A stretch of DNA of 64,000 nucleotides from a virus. Location of the stretch: positions 32,001-96,000 of the IMG/VR virus record IMGVR_UViG_3300037245_001077, one strand, 5' to 3'. Positions 1-10,619 of this stretch are shown piece by piece. Made by a program: the position numbers and the translations under genes. The notes beneath the pieces are model-generated. The model did not search any database, was not told where the DNA came from, and worked only from the letters and a program-made list of their open reading frames with translations. The first letter of the stretch is position 1. Each line of letters opens with the position of its first letter.

Positions 1-1
1 A

Positions 2-931
2 AATTATCTACTGAAGGAGATCGTCAAATTTAAGCCTGACCTTATCCTAGCTCTGGGAAAGACCTCCCAGATCGTGCTGCTGAGTAATACTGCGCCCCTG
101 TCCAAGACCCATGGTAAAATATTCGAGGCGAAATTCGAGTTAGAGGATGAGGTTTTCGAGACGAAGGTCATGCCTATCGAGCACCCATTCAGTGTGTTGC
201 AATCCCCTGCTAAACTAGATCCATGGTTGTCTGATTTGCGGCGTGCAAAAGCTGTATTTTATGGGGAAGGAAACCCCTACTGGTCGGAGGATAAGCTCTC
301 CCGATTCAATTTCCAAGTGATCAAGTCTGAGCGTCATTTCAAAGAGGTGGCGAGATATCTAACCGGTAAGTACAAGGGTAGCTGTCTCTCAATAGACATC
401 GAGGCGTCTGGGCTTGATGACGCTATTCTCCGTGATGAGTTTAAGGTGTATTGCGTTCAGTTCGGGATTGTGGATTTAGAGGATCGTGTTGAGAATGAAC
501 GACTTCCGGTATATGTTCTCCCCATCCAGTCTGAGCAGTTCGCTGTGTGCTCTGACTCTATGTGGGTGGATAAGTGTAGGTTTCTGCTTAATAATTTCTT
601 CAGCGAGCGGTATTTCCGACTCGTCGGTCACAATCTGAAGTACGACCTTAAGGGGCTGCGTAGGCTAGGCGTGTCTGCTTATGGCCATTGGGACACCATG
701 ATGCTCTGGGCCAACACGCATGGTGAAGCTCCGATGTCATTGAAGGAAATCGCTTATCAGGTGTCAGATTTAGGTGGTTATGAAGAAAAGATGGTTGAGT
801 ATTTTGAAGAACATGGGACTTACGACGCGCCGGAAGAGATCTTAGTTACGTATAGTGCTCTGGATATTGTGGTTACGCGGTTGTTGATGTACGATATGAA
901 TCAAGGTATTCTACAGGAGGTAAAGAAATGA
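2..931 (+). CDS. Split DNA polymerase, N-terminal part (5' truncated): UDG family-4-like C-terminus plus DnaQ-like 3'-5' exonuclease
   Basis: Frame is open from nt 2 (NYLLKEIVKFKPDLILALGK...MPIEHP, UDG-F4/SPO1-pol-like); ExoI DIEASGL, ExoII HNLKYD, ExoIII YSALD. Confidence 0.85.
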   Translation, partial: NYLLKEIVKFKPDLILALGKTSQIVLLSNTAPLSKTHGKIFEAKFELEDEVFETKVMPIEHPFSVLQSPAKLDPWLSDLRRAKAVFYGEGNPYWSEDKLSRFNFQVIKSERHFKEVARYLTGKYKGSCLSIDIEASGLDDAILRDEFKVYCVQFGIVDLEDRVENERLPVYVLPIQSEQFAVCSDSMWVDKCRFLLNNFFSERYFRLVGHNLKYDLKGLRRLGVSAYGHWDTMMLWANTHGEAPMSLKEIAYQVSDLGGYEEKMVEYFEEHGTYDAPEEILVTYSALDIVVTRLLMYDMNQGILQEVKK

Positions 932-1377
932 ATGAGAAAGAAATGAGTGAGTATGAAGAAGAGGTTCAGGGGATAATCAATCGTGAGTTGCTGATTCGGT
1001 TGCTTTATCTGTCTGTTCAGTTCGGGCTGATCTGGGGCACTATCAGGTTTATCATGATTGGTAACTCTCTTGCGGGTCTCACCTGCTTCTTAGGGTTCCT
1101 GGGTCTTGGGGTTCTTATTATGTCTAAGCTTGCTCTTAATCTTCTCTCTCGTTTGAATGTGCTGGTGGAAGTAGGGGTGAAACGTTCTTTCTTTGATAAG
1201 ACGCTGGGCCGACCGAATCCTGGGCAAATTGATCGTCTACTTCGATGTGAGTGTGATGAGTGTCAGGAAATGCGTGACCGTTTTGAGTTACCTAACCGTA
1301 TAGATTTAAACTCTCTGCTTACTGAGATGGAAGAAGAGGATGATGCACAAATGGAGAAGAAGTTGACGGAGCATTAG
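928..1377 (+). CDS. Hypothetical membrane protein inserted between the polymerase halves
   Basis: AGGAGG SD, ATGA overlap with the upstream gene, two hydrophobic helices, CxCxxC. Confidence 0.75.
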   Translation: MNEKEMSEYEEEVQGIINRELLIRLLYLSVQFGLIWGTIRFIMIGNSLAGLTCFLGFLGLGVLIMSKLALNLLSRLNVLVEVGVKRSFFDKTLGRPNPGQIDRLLRCECDECQEMRDRFELPNRIDLNSLLTEMEEEDDAQMEKKLTEH

Positions 1378-2853
1378 ATGGCAGGATTTTATAGCTTTGC
1401 GGAAGGCGGCTCTCCACGCTGGTTGTGTGACTACCAACGTCAACTCTTGAACGCCTTTGTGGATATAGAAATGACGGGATTTCCGTTCTCTCCTGTGGTC
1501 CACCAACAGTTCATTGGTAATGCCAAGAGGATCTACACCGATTACGAAAATCGTTTGCGGAGCAACAAGGATTTCCAAAGGTACTGTCAGCTCAACGATA
1601 TCCCAACTGCTCCCGATGATAAGAAGCGATTTAACTTTGGGTCGCCCACCCAGCTCCGTGAGTTCCTTTTTGCAGGCCAACTTCAAGGAGGCCAAGAGTT
1701 AGAGGCTATCAAGGTGAGTAAGGCTACAGGGGCAGCCAGTACTGACCGGGAATCGTTAGAGCATTTTGCGGAGGAAGGCAATGAGTTCTGCGCTGATCTC
1801 CTCGTCATCCGTAACTTCGGCAAGCTCCTGAGTTCGTTTGGTGAACCGCTCCTGTCCTTTTACTCTACGCGCACGGGGGCGTTGCACCCCACGTATTTTT
1901 TGGCGAAGGTGATTGATGGAACCGGGGTAGCCGGTGGTACACATACGGGGCGTCTTAGCTGTAAGCACCCGAACATGCAGCAGATCCCTAAACGAGACAA
2001 GGATGAGGAGGGGATAGGTTTAGCTGGTGTAGATGTACGGCGGTCATTCGTACCGATCCCAGGTCATTTACTTGTCGAGGTAGATCAGAGTCAGGTCGAG
2101 GTCAGGGTCGCAGGCATGTATTCGTTAGATCAGAAAATGGGAGAGTTCTTCAAGGCCGGTGGAGATTTCCATACTCGTGTAGCCAGTCAGGTGTTCAAGC
2201 AGGATTTCGACGAGCTTACACTTATCCTCAAAGATAAGGACCATACCGATTATTCAGTGGCTAAGAAGTATAGGTCCGCAGCTAAGACATTTACGTTCGG
2301 GCTTATGTTTGGTATGGGCCTCGGGAAGCTCACACGACAGAGTGGGTTGACTGATGAGGAGGGAGAAGCGTTCATGGAGGAGTACTTCAATACCTTCCCT
2401 GAGTTCGCACGGTGGCGAGAGGGCATGATCGAGTGGGCTAAGGAGGAGGGCTATGTCACTACCCTCTTTGGTCGTAGGCGCATGATTAAGATTTCTGGGT
2501 ATGCTACAGACGACGGTAGAGAGGAGAGAATAGGGGTCAACACTCCAATTCAGTCAGCGGCAGCAGATATTACATTGTACGGATTGTCGAGGGTTTGGCA
2601 GTTTATAACAGAGAATAAACTGGAAACCAGAATTCTTGGAACAGTTCACGATAGTATAATATTTTCGATGCCACCTGCCGAGGTGAACGAGATACTGCCG
2701 AGGATAGCTCAGATGATGATTCGTCCTCCGAATCTGGAGTGGCTCCTTGATGAGGTGCCGGTGCCGCTATCTGTAGGAGTAGACATCGGAGAAAATTTTC
2801 GAGATATGAAAGAAGTTTCACTTGACAATGTACTAGCGGGAAGGATTATTTGA
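1378..2853 (+). CDS. polA: DNA polymerase family A, polymerase domain
   Basis: TGRLSCKHPNMQQIP, motif A DQSQVEVR, motif B RSAAKTFTFGLMFG, motif C VHDS. Confidence 0.95.
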   Translation: MAGFYSFAEGGSPRWLCDYQRQLLNAFVDIEMTGFPFSPVVHQQFIGNAKRIYTDYENRLRSNKDFQRYCQLNDIPTAPDDKKRFNFGSPTQLREFLFAGQLQGGQELEAIKVSKATGAASTDRESLEHFAEEGNEFCADLLVIRNFGKLLSSFGEPLLSFYSTRTGALHPTYFLAKVIDGTGVAGGTHTGRLSCKHPNMQQIPKRDKDEEGIGLAGVDVRRSFVPIPGHLLVEVDQSQVEVRVAGMYSLDQKMGEFFKAGGDFHTRVASQVFKQDFDELTLILKDKDHTDYSVAKKYRSAAKTFTFGLMFGMGLGKLTRQSGLTDEEGEAFMEEYFNTFPEFARWREGMIEWAKEEGYVTTLFGRRRMIKISGYATDDGREERIGVNTPIQSAAADITLYGLSRVWQFITENKLETRILGTVHDSIIFSMPPAEVNEILPRIAQMMIRPPNLEWLLDEVPVPLSVGVDIGENFRDMKEVSLDNVLAGRII

Positions 2854-3131
2854 TGGCACAGCGACACACGAAAGTTACCCGGAGACCAGGGCGGAAAAAA
2901 TGCTCCAGTAAGGCTAAGCAGCAGAATAACCATAGGAGGCAGAAGAACTGGTTGCGGCATGAGTACACTCGGAAGTTAGCTCGGAAATTGTCAAAGATGG
3001 CTACTCTTATTGACAAAGGTGAGTACCAAGGGATTGCGAATAGTCCTCTGCTCCATTTGAATTGGGATTATGTGATCAAGAGATCCCTGCTAGCAAATTC
3101 ATCTTGGAAGAAGTCCCTACAAAAGAGTTGA
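2850..3131 (+). CDS. Basic hypothetical protein
   Basis: ORF coupled to the polA stop. Confidence 0.55.
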   Translation: MMAQRHTKVTRRPGRKKCSSKAKQQNNHRRQKNWLRHEYTRKLARKLSKMATLIDKGEYQGIANSPLLHLNWDYVIKRSLLANSSWKKSLQKS

Positions 3132-3156
3132 CATTATCAACCACATCGTGTACGTT
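3128..3156 (+). promoter_or_regulatory. Sigma70-type promoter
   Basis: TTGACA-N17-TACGTT. Confidence 0.55.
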
Positions 3157-3197
3157 GTATAAGAGGGCGACAATATAATGACTGTTTGGAGGTATCA

Positions 3198-4679
3198 ATG
3201 AAACGGGTTTTATCAATTTGGTTTGTGTTAATTTTAGTGGTTGTGGGCTTTGGGTATACGGAGACATCCGACTACCCAGGTCAACGTGCTATGAGGCGAG
3301 TTCCTGTTGAGGGAGCTTCTAGTTGTGGCGTTACTCCGTTATATGCGGGGCAAGATACTCAGGTTGGTTATGCCCAGGTGACTTGGTTGCCGGATGTGGT
3401 TAAGATCACCTATACCATCGATCAACCAGGCTGGCATATGACCACAGGCTACGTGGGCTGGTGGTATCCTGATGAGGAGCTTCCCCCAAAAGCAATTCCC
3501 GGTTGTGGTGCTAATAAAACTAATTGCGTTGGTACTGAGCAGCCAGATTCCCCAACAAGTCATACGTTTACGATTGATCGTAGCCTAGTTGATCCTGCTT
3601 GTATTTTTGCTATCCATGCTGATGTTATTGGCCCTTGTGGTGAACAGAAGACGCAGAAGATAGCGTACTACGATGGCTTTACTTTCCCCGACGAAGTGTT
3701 GATGAGAGTGTTTAATGTCGGGGCGCGTTCCTATTTCAGAGTCCAAATTGATGGTGACGGTGTAAGTGGCTCCGGGTATAATGGCTGGTGCTTGGATAAG
3801 CAACAAGATATCACGCCTGGTTACTGGTACAGAGCAAACGTTATCCAAGAGTGGGCTGATCTTGCATATCTTCTTGATGATCCCGAACATGACCTACCTC
3901 TGATTGAGTGGATTGTGAAAGAGCGTATGGTTGGTCGAATTATCATTAACGATGTGATTGTCACGCGAAGGCATGTACAGAATGCCATTTGGTATATCCT
4001 AGGGGATATTAAAAATACTGGTTCCGTAGCAAGGTCCATTGCGGACGCTGCTGAAGATGCTGTTTATGCCATGGCTTTTGAGTACGGCTCAACTACTAAA
4101 GACTACGAGCGTGGTTGTTGGAAATGGGCCGGGATGATAGTTCTCGATCCTATGTTTGATGCCCCATGGTCAGGTGGTGAGGCTCATGCTCAGCCTATCC
4201 TGGTTCCTATCATGCACCAGATCCCGTGTGAAACACCTACTCCTACTGAGACGCCTACCCTTACTCCTACTCCACCCCGCAGAACAAGGACTGCAACTGC
4301 TACTGTTACGAACACCCCCACGTCTACTAGCACTCCTACAGCTACAGACACTCCCACGGTAACTAATACTCCCACAAAGACTCAGACACCTACAGGCACA
4401 CGCACACCTACGACAACGGCAACCGTGACCCGTACTCAGACACCTACGAGCACTAGCACTCCTACGAGCACTCAGACGCCTACGAGCACTCGAACATCTA
4501 CGGATACGCCTACGCATACCTCCACACCTACTCAGACGGCTACGTGGACGTTTACGCCTACGCAGACGGCTACCTTTACTCCTACTCCTCCCCCAATGTG
4601 TGGGGAGACAGCATGGGCGTTTGGTCAGTATCCCTTTACTCAATCCTGGGGTTGGTTCTATGAATGTTGTCCTGAATAA
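3198..4679 (+). CDS. Secreted protein with a Thr/Pro-rich linker
   Basis: GGAGG SD, signal peptide [19 protein letters not shown], ~120 aa of TPT repeats, C-terminal ETAWA...WGW motif. Confidence 0.85.
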   Translation: MKRVLSIWFVLILVVVGFGYTETSDYPGQRAMRRVPVEGASSCGVTPLYAGQDTQVGYAQVTWLPDVVKITYTIDQPGWHMTTGYVGWWYPDEELPPKAIPGCGANKTNCVGTEQPDSPTSHTFTIDRSLVDPACIFAIHADVIGPCGEQKTQKIAYYDGFTFPDEVLMRVFNVGARSYFRVQIDGDGVSGSGYNGWCLDKQQDITPGYWYRANVIQEWADLAYLLDDPEHDLPLIEWIVKERMVGRIIINDVIVTRRHVQNAIWYILGDIKNTGSVARSIADAAEDAVYAMAFEYGSTTKDYERGCWKWAGMIVLDPMFDAPWSGGEAHAQPILVPIMHQIPCETPTPTETPTLTPTPPRRTRTATATVTNTPTSTSTPTATDTPTVTNTPTKTQTPTGTRTPTTTATVTRTQTPTSTSTPTSTQTPTSTRTSTDTPTHTSTPTQTATWTFTPTQTATFTPTPPPMCGETAWAFGQYPFTQSWGWFYECCPE

Positions 4680-4741
4680 GTTTGATCACTGAGCGGTGGT
4701 CAGGGGGGAGTTAATGCTCCCCCCGTTTACTAGGAGGTAAA

Positions 4742-5209
4742 ATGAAGATTTCGATGAAGGTGGGCGGTCAGAAGTTCGACTATGATATCGAAAAAGAGTT
4801 AAATTTCGATCCAGAGTTCGTGTTTGATGTCCTCGGGGAGCAACCTGGGAAACAGGTATGGTGGTGGCATTTGGTGAGCATGAAGGAGCGTGAGGTTGAA
4901 GATTTCAAGGTCAACATGGATGCGGAGCTTGCCCAGATTGAGTTGAATTTCCGTGCAGATGGTAGTGTTCTTGAGGCTCAGTACGGCAAGGTTACAGAGT
5001 CGGTGATCCGCTCAGCAGTAGCCATCCATCCCGACGTTATCACCATCCATAAGAAGGCCAACGCCATGAAGCAGGATCTGAATATGCTCAAGGCTGCGGC
5101 TCGGGGATTTGATGCTCGTGGTCCTCTGCTCTGTACTGCGGGATCAGCGCAGAAAGCAGAAGTCCAGGCTCGGCTCCGGCAACTGGTAGGAAAGGCAAAA
5201 AAAGACTAG
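4742..5209 (+). CDS. UvsY-like recombination mediator
   Basis: Helical 155 aa protein (KVTESVIRSAV...) directly upstream of SSB and RecA. Confidence 0.55.
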   Translation: MKISMKVGGQKFDYDIEKELNFDPEFVFDVLGEQPGKQVWWWHLVSMKEREVEDFKVNMDAELAQIELNFRADGSVLEAQYGKVTESVIRSAVAIHPDVITIHKKANAMKQDLNMLKAAARGFDARGPLLCTAGSAQKAEVQARLRQLVGKAKKD

Positions 5210-5235
5210 ACAAGCTTGACATCGTGTGATACATT
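5207..5235 (+). promoter_or_regulatory. Sigma70-type promoter
   Basis: TAGACA-N17-TACATT with an upstream TG. Confidence 0.45.
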
Positions 5236-5295
5236 ATGGCTGTCTCGTATTTGTAAACGTATTTGTTAACCCGTAAACGTAAAGGAGAAAGTAAC

Positions 5296-6282
5296 ATGAG
5301 TCGTAATAGTAAGTTGGCTGAAGCTCTCCGGAAGAACAGGGAACGGTCCTCAGGACAATTCCTTCCGTTCTTCAAGTTCCCCTCAGGAAAGACAGTGATC
5401 CGTATCCTGCCTGCGTCCGCAAAGGATGATGATGGCGACTGGTTCCTGCCTGTGGGATTTCACTATAACGTGGATGATAAGCGTCCTATTACCTGTCGGT
5501 ATGAGACTCAGTGGGCTGAGGATAACTGCCCTGTCTGTGACATGGTACGTGAGCTTCGCTCGGATGGTATGAATGATGAGGCCGGTAGGATCGCTCTACG
5601 GCGTCAGTTCATCGTTCGTGCAATCGTGCGTGGTGAAGAGGATAAGGGAGCGCAGATGATTCGTTTGCCCTCTACTCTTTTCCAGGCTGTCGGTGAGATC
5701 ATCCGTGACGAAGAGACGTTCGGTGATGTGCTCCACCCCGGACCTAAGGGCAGGGATATCATCGTGGTCAAGACCGGCGCGAATCTCCAGACGGAGTATC
5801 AGGCGAACGCTCATCCCAAGAACGTTCCAGCTCTCCCCACACCTGAGGAGACTAAAGCTCTTATTAGTGCTTTCCCCGTTATCGCAGATCTTGTGACCGT
5901 TCCCGATGAGGAAGAGGTTGCTGGTGTCCTCAAGGCCAAGTTTGGATACGTCTCGGCCATGGGTGACGTATACGAGGAAGAGGATGACGATGATGATAAC
6001 ACTTCGTGGGAAGGTGATAACGATGTTCCTTACGGTGGTGGTGTAGAGACTACCGAGGAGAATGCGCCTAGCGAGCCTGAGGCCAAAGAAGATGATGGTG
6101 CCTTGGATGCTTGGATGGCATCGGATGGTGAGGAGGAGGATGACGGTCCTAGTGTCTCTGAATTGGCGCGAGCAGATCAGGAAGGGGCTAAGGTCTCTGG
6201 TTTGAAAGATGACCTCAAGGACAAGAAGACTCCTCCTAAGAAGCGTCGTGGGCGCACGAAGAAGACGCAGCCCGTAGCGTAG
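5296..6282 (+). CDS. T4 gp32-like single-stranded DNA-binding protein
   Basis: IRILP...FHY...C...CPVC zinc site, GRDIIVVKTG, long acidic tail. Confidence 0.8.
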   Translation: MSRNSKLAEALRKNRERSSGQFLPFFKFPSGKTVIRILPASAKDDDGDWFLPVGFHYNVDDKRPITCRYETQWAEDNCPVCDMVRELRSDGMNDEAGRIALRRQFIVRAIVRGEEDKGAQMIRLPSTLFQAVGEIIRDEETFGDVLHPGPKGRDIIVVKTGANLQTEYQANAHPKNVPALPTPEETKALISAFPVIADLVTVPDEEEVAGVLKAKFGYVSAMGDVYEEEDDDDDNTSWEGDNDVPYGGGVETTEENAPSEPEAKEDDGALDAWMASDGEEEDDGPSVSELARADQEGAKVSGLKDDLKDKKTPPKKRRGRTKKTQPVA

Positions 6283-6288
6283 TCAGTC

Positions 6289-7383
6289 ATGGGTAGACGG
6301 AAGTCTGTTGATGAGCCAGAGGTAGTGAAAACTGCCTCTGGTTCTTCTATTATCCTTGATTTAGTCAAGTACTTACAATCCGAAAGCGATGTGGATGTTG
6401 GGATCTTGGGCGATGACACTGGAGTAATCGCCAATCCGAAGTTCCTACCCACTGGGTTGCCTATCATCGATCATATGCTCGGTGGGGGTATACCCGCAGG
6501 CAGGCTGACGGAACTATTCTCCAAAGGTCAAGGGCTTGGGAAGAGTAGCCTTGTTGCTCGGTTGATGGTGGAGATGCAAGCGCAGGGTGGCGAGGTGATC
6601 CTTATGGACACTGAGCATGGTTTCACTAACGAGAGACTAGAACAGCTTGGCGTGGATCTGAATAGAGTGATCAAGGTTCAACCGGAGTACATTGAACAAG
6701 GTGCATCAGAGATTAAAAAGATCTTGAAATTCCTCAAGAACAGCAAGACCAAGCGCGAAGACAAGACGCTTATCGTGTGGGATAGCATTACAGCTAGTCC
6801 CAGTAAGCAGGAGTTCGAAGCAGAGTATGGTGACATGCAAATTGCCAGTGCTGCTCGTGCTTGGAGTTCAATAATCAAAATCTTAAAAGATCAGGTGGCT
6901 AGGTCTGAGGTGTACATAGTTCTTGTCAACCAGACACGTACCAACATCATGCAGATGTTTGGAGAGAAGCAGAAGTCCACAGGTGGTATTGCAATCAAGT
7001 ACTACGTGGGGGCCAGTCTGGTACTCAGTCGAGGAGCCAATGCGTGGTTGAAAGAGGGGCCGCAGCGAGTAGGATTCAAAGTGACTATGATGACTGAAAA
7101 GTCTCGGGTGGCTGCTCCGTACAGAGTGGCCGAGGCACATTTCCTATTTGACTCAGGCTATGACAGATGGCGAGCGTTGTTTGATCTACTCATAAAGCTC
7201 CATATTATCAAGGTAAACGGAGCATGGTATGAGTTGTCTGGGGTGTCTAAGTCCTTCCAAGCGAAGCAATTTGAGACTGTAATCACCTCATTATCTGATC
7301 CATTTAGGAAAGAAGTAATTGAGGCGTTGCGTGAAGCACGCATCACACCCGAAGGTATAGCGTACTTTTTCCCTGACGAATAG
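6289..7383 (+). CDS. recA: RecA/UvsX recombinase
   Basis: GGGIPAGRLTE, Walker A GLGKSS, DTEH, Walker B IVWDS, NQTR, STGG. Confidence 0.92.
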   Translation: MGRRKSVDEPEVVKTASGSSIILDLVKYLQSESDVDVGILGDDTGVIANPKFLPTGLPIIDHMLGGGIPAGRLTELFSKGQGLGKSSLVARLMVEMQAQGGEVILMDTEHGFTNERLEQLGVDLNRVIKVQPEYIEQGASEIKKILKFLKNSKTKREDKTLIVWDSITASPSKQEFEAEYGDMQIASAARAWSSIIKILKDQVARSEVYIVLVNQTRTNIMQMFGEKQKSTGGIAIKYYVGASLVLSRGANAWLKEGPQRVGFKVTMMTEKSRVAAPYRVAEAHFLFDSGYDRWRALFDLLIKLHIIKVNGAWYELSGVSKSFQAKQFETVITSLSDPFRKEVIEALREARITPEGIAYFFPDE

Positions 7384-7391
7384 GGGGCAAT

Positions 7392-8504
7392 ATGAAGTTC
7401 TGTGTGATCGGTGATCCGCACTTTGCGAATCGCAAGGTCTTTGCACGTCCTACCAAGGTGACAGGCGTCAATAGTCGTCTGTTAGCTACCCGACATACAT
7501 TTGAAACCATTGGTGAAGATCTGGAAGAGGACATTGAACATGTCCTTGTTTTAGGTGATATCACCCATGACCATGGGATACTGACTCCTGCTGTCTACTA
7601 CATGGCCAATTCTGCGTTGTGGGATCTCGCCTGTAATGACCGTGTGGTTCGTGTCCTCTCAGGCAATCACGATATTGATGCCTACGGTATGAGTATCGTC
7701 CCTGTTTTTGAGTATTGGGATGATAATGGAGAAGAGAAGATAGAGCACGTCCAGGCCGGTCAGATGATCTCCCATATGCCTGACGCTGAGGAATGGGTAG
7801 TTTACGGTATCTCCTTCATGTCTCATGCTAGAACTATAGACGCTCTTGAGAGTATGGAGAAACACTTTATGGATAAGCGTGTGGTTCTCTGTATGCACCA
7901 CCACTTTGATGGAGCAGAGCACGGAGTCCATGAGTTCCAGCCAGCCGGTGGGCTTAACCCTAGCGATATCCCTGACTGCGTCGAGGTGGTGCTGAGCGGG
8001 CATTACCACAAGAGGCAAAAGATTGGGAAGCGCATCCTCTATGTAGGTGCTCCGATGCAACAAGATTTCGGAGAATCCACCTATACCCCCGGCTATACAA
8101 TAGTCAAGCTCCTAAACGGTAAACCACCTAAAATCGAGTTCCGAGAGATACCAGCAACGGTAGCGCCCAGATTCCATATCCTGCCTTATAACCTACCCAC
8201 TGCGGACATACCTGGGTTGCCGGAGTCTGACTATTATCGTATCGACATCCCCTATGATTGCAATATGAGTGAGGCACATACGCTGGCGAAGAAACTCAAG
8301 TATGCAGCAGTACGAGTTGTTCCCGTTACATCAGTCCTTCGTTCCCGTGTCGAGAAGCACTTGGCAAAGGAGGGGAAAGAGGGTAAACTGGAACTCGGTG
8401 ATATCATCGAGGCTTACGCGGCTATGAACGCTGAACCAGGACACGTGGATGAGCTTGTTGATCTTGGTATGGACATCGCTAATAAGGTAATCAATGAGGA
8501 GTAG
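7392..8504 (+). CDS. sbcD: Mre11/SbcD (gp47-like) nuclease
   Basis: Metallophosphoesterase motifs GDPH, GD, GNHD, GHYH, YVGAP; adjacent to a Rad50-like gene. Confidence 0.9.
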   Translation: MKFCVIGDPHFANRKVFARPTKVTGVNSRLLATRHTFETIGEDLEEDIEHVLVLGDITHDHGILTPAVYYMANSALWDLACNDRVVRVLSGNHDIDAYGMSIVPVFEYWDDNGEEKIEHVQAGQMISHMPDAEEWVVYGISFMSHARTIDALESMEKHFMDKRVVLCMHHHFDGAEHGVHEFQPAGGLNPSDIPDCVEVVLSGHYHKRQKIGKRILYVGAPMQQDFGESTYTPGYTIVKLLNGKPPKIEFREIPATVAPRFHILPYNLPTADIPGLPESDYYRIDIPYDCNMSEAHTLAKKLKYAAVRVVPVTSVLRSRVEKHLAKEGKEGKLELGDIIEAYAAMNAEPGHVDELVDLGMDIANKVINEE

Positions 8505-8506
8505 TC

Positions 8507-8704
8507 ATGGCTCAGCTTACAGTTGTCGGTGAAGAGTTTTTGCGGGCGATCCAGGGGGCCGTAGGTGATGAACTACGAGAATCGCGTGGCCCTTATGAAA
8601 TAGTCACTAATCAGGATATCGATTGGTACATGGATCAAACAGCTCAATGGTTAGTGAAACAATACTTTAGGAGTAGAAATGAAGTTCCTGAAGATAAAGA
8701 TTAA
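8507..8704 (+). CDS. Hypothetical protein
   Basis: GAGGAG SD, fills the gap between sbcD and sbcC. Confidence 0.5.
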   Translation: MAQLTVVGEEFLRAIQGAVGDELRESRGPYEIVTNQDIDWYMDQTAQWLVKQYFRSRNEVPEDKD

Positions 8705-10619
8705 AGACTTCCTAGCTATTGGGTATATTGATCTTGACTTTACGGATAGCACCCGTCTCCTTTTGGGTAAGAACCTAGATAGCCTCGCAGCCGACGACAA
8801 TGGCGCAGGCAAATCCAGCATCGGAGAAGCTATCCGTTGGTGCCTCTATGGGGAGACGGTACGCTCTGCAATTGACAAATCACTTGACGTTCAGCATGTG
8901 ATCCGTAAGGGAACCAAGAAGGCATGGGTGACTCTTGAGGTTGAAGTGGATGGTGTCCTTTACGAGATCTATAGATCGAGGATGAAGAGTAAAGGCGAGT
9001 TCGAGGTGAGGCAACCAGGAGGAGTGGTATACAAGGCGCAGGCAGCGCAGGAAGCGTTAGTTGACCTTTTACCTATAGATGTGGTGCAGTTCGCCAACCT
9101 CGTACATCTCGACGGCTCATACCCTCGGCTCTTTGCGCCCAGCACAGACAGAGACCGTAAGGAGATCCTTGCTGACCTTGTTGACATCGCCATTACCCAG
9201 CAGATGCAGGAAGAAACGACCCAGAGGTTAAGCCCATTGATAGCTCGGGGAGTGTCATTACGGCACAAGATTGATATTCATGTTGCTGATATCGCACGAG
9301 CCAAGGATAAGCAAAAAACCCAACAAGAAGAGGGCAAGGAGTTTACCAAGAAAATCAAGGGTATGGAGGGGTATTTACTTGGTGCTGCGGCAGAGCAGAT
9401 GAGGTTAGAAGGAGAGCAGCTTCGTCTACACAGTGCGTTACAGCAGATGGAGGATGAGGCGGTAGTTGAGCTTGAGAAATTAAAAGATGAGTACAATGAA
9501 CTGGTGGATAAGGTGGCAGAGAACACCCTAGTACTGGAGGTTTGTACGGATTCTTACTTGATGTCTGATCTGGAAGAAGCTGAGGAGCAGCTTAATTCTA
9601 TACGTACTCAACGGGATATCCGAATTAGTAGAATTGGAGACATGCAACAATTACAGCAGTTGAGTAAATGTCCAACCTGTGGCCAGGACACCACGGAAGC
9701 GTTGGAAGCGGATATCCAGTCGCTCACGTCCCAGACAGAAAGGTTTAACGATGAGCTTGCAGGAATCTCAGATGCTATTGAAGGCATTACAGAAAAGCGG
9801 CAATCCAAAATTAGTAGGGCCAGGGATCGTCGCAACAGTCTCGAATCTGAGCGAAATGCAATCGACAAAGAAATCCAATCGCTGGTGGACGTTCCCGAAA
9901 GAAAAGAAACCTCACACCAGCTTACCGAAGTGAGGGCAGACCTCAAAGAAGCAGAGGGGCGAGTCTCGTCTCTCAAAATTAAAATCAACACTAAGAAGGC
10001 TTTGGTAGCACAACTCAAAGATCAATACCTAGATGAAGAGAAATGGATCAAGGATAAGCGTGAGTATCTGGCCTATGCAGAGGTAGAGCTTATCGACACG
10101 GATAAGAGAATAGAGCGCCTGAGTTTCTGGAAGAAGGGATTCGGGCCTAAAGGCGTGCCTAGCCTCTTCATCGAAACGGTGTTGCCTCAGATCTCTAAGC
10201 GGATCCAGAAGTATGCTGACATCCTCACTGGTGGGGATGTACTGGTGGATCTCAAGGCGTACAGTGAAACCAAATCCAATACAATCAAAGAGGCCATCCA
10301 GATCAGTGCAGTCAACACAAAGGGGGCTGCCGTCTACGGTGCTAACTCAACAGGAGAGCGTAACCGTATTGATTTAGCAGTAACGTTGGGTCTCATCGAC
10401 TTCTTCAAGGACACTGGAGCTTTCGAGAGCAACTTGCTGGTGTGTGATGAGATATTCGACGGGTTAGATGCCACGGGGGTAGAGCAGGCACTCATTGCTT
10501 TGGACAAGGCTGACATACCCTCAGTCATTGTTGTCTCACACCATGAGCACTTAAAGCCTTTATTCCCTGAGACTTTGTATGTTCAGAAGGAACATGGCAA
10601 AGCGGAACTAGTGGTATAA
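8679..10619 (+). CDS. sbcC: Rad50/SbcC (gp46-like) ATPase
   Basis: NGAGKSS, coiled coil with CPTCG zinc hook, STGE signature, DEIFDGLD, H-loop. Confidence 0.93.
   Translation: MKFLKIKIKDFLAIGYIDLDFTDSTRLLLGKNLDSLAADDNGAGKSSIGEAIRWCLYGETVRSAIDKSLDVQHVIRKGTKKAWVTLEVEVDGVLYEIYRSRMKSKGEFEVRQPGGVVYKAQAAQEALVDLLPIDVVQFANLVHLDGSYPRLFAPSTDRDRKEILADLVDIAITQQMQEETTQRLSPLIARGVSLRHKIDIHVADIARAKDKQKTQQEEGKEFTKKIKGMEGYLLGAAAEQMRLEGEQLRLHSALQQMEDEAVVELEKLKDEYNELVDKVAENTLVLEVCTDSYLMSDLEEAEEQLNSIRTQRDIRISRIGDMQQLQQLSKCPTCGQDTTEALEADIQSLTSQTERFNDELAGISDAIEGITEKRQSKISRARDRRNSLESERNAIDKEIQSLVDVPERKETSHQLTEVRADLKEAEGRVSSLKIKINTKKALVAQLKDQYLDEEKWIKDKREYLAYAEVELIDTDKRIERLSFWKKGFGPKGVPSLFIETVLPQISKRIQKYADILTGGDVLVDLKAYSETKSNTIKEAIQISAVNTKGAAVYGANSTGERNRIDLAVTLGLIDFFKDTGAFESNLLVCDEIFDGLDATGVEQALIALDKADIPSVIVVSHHEHLKPLFPETLYVQKEHGKAELVV

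Noticed and set aside
928-1377. Intron or intein with a homing endonuclease in polA
   Set aside because: The insert is a fully coupled TM-protein ORF with no LAGLIDADG, HNH or GIY-YIG motif and no room for a ribozyme core.
4230-4595. CRISPR array or DGR repeat
   Set aside because: Degenerate in-frame Thr/Pro codon repeats with no constant repeat and unique spacers; no reverse transcriptase in the window.
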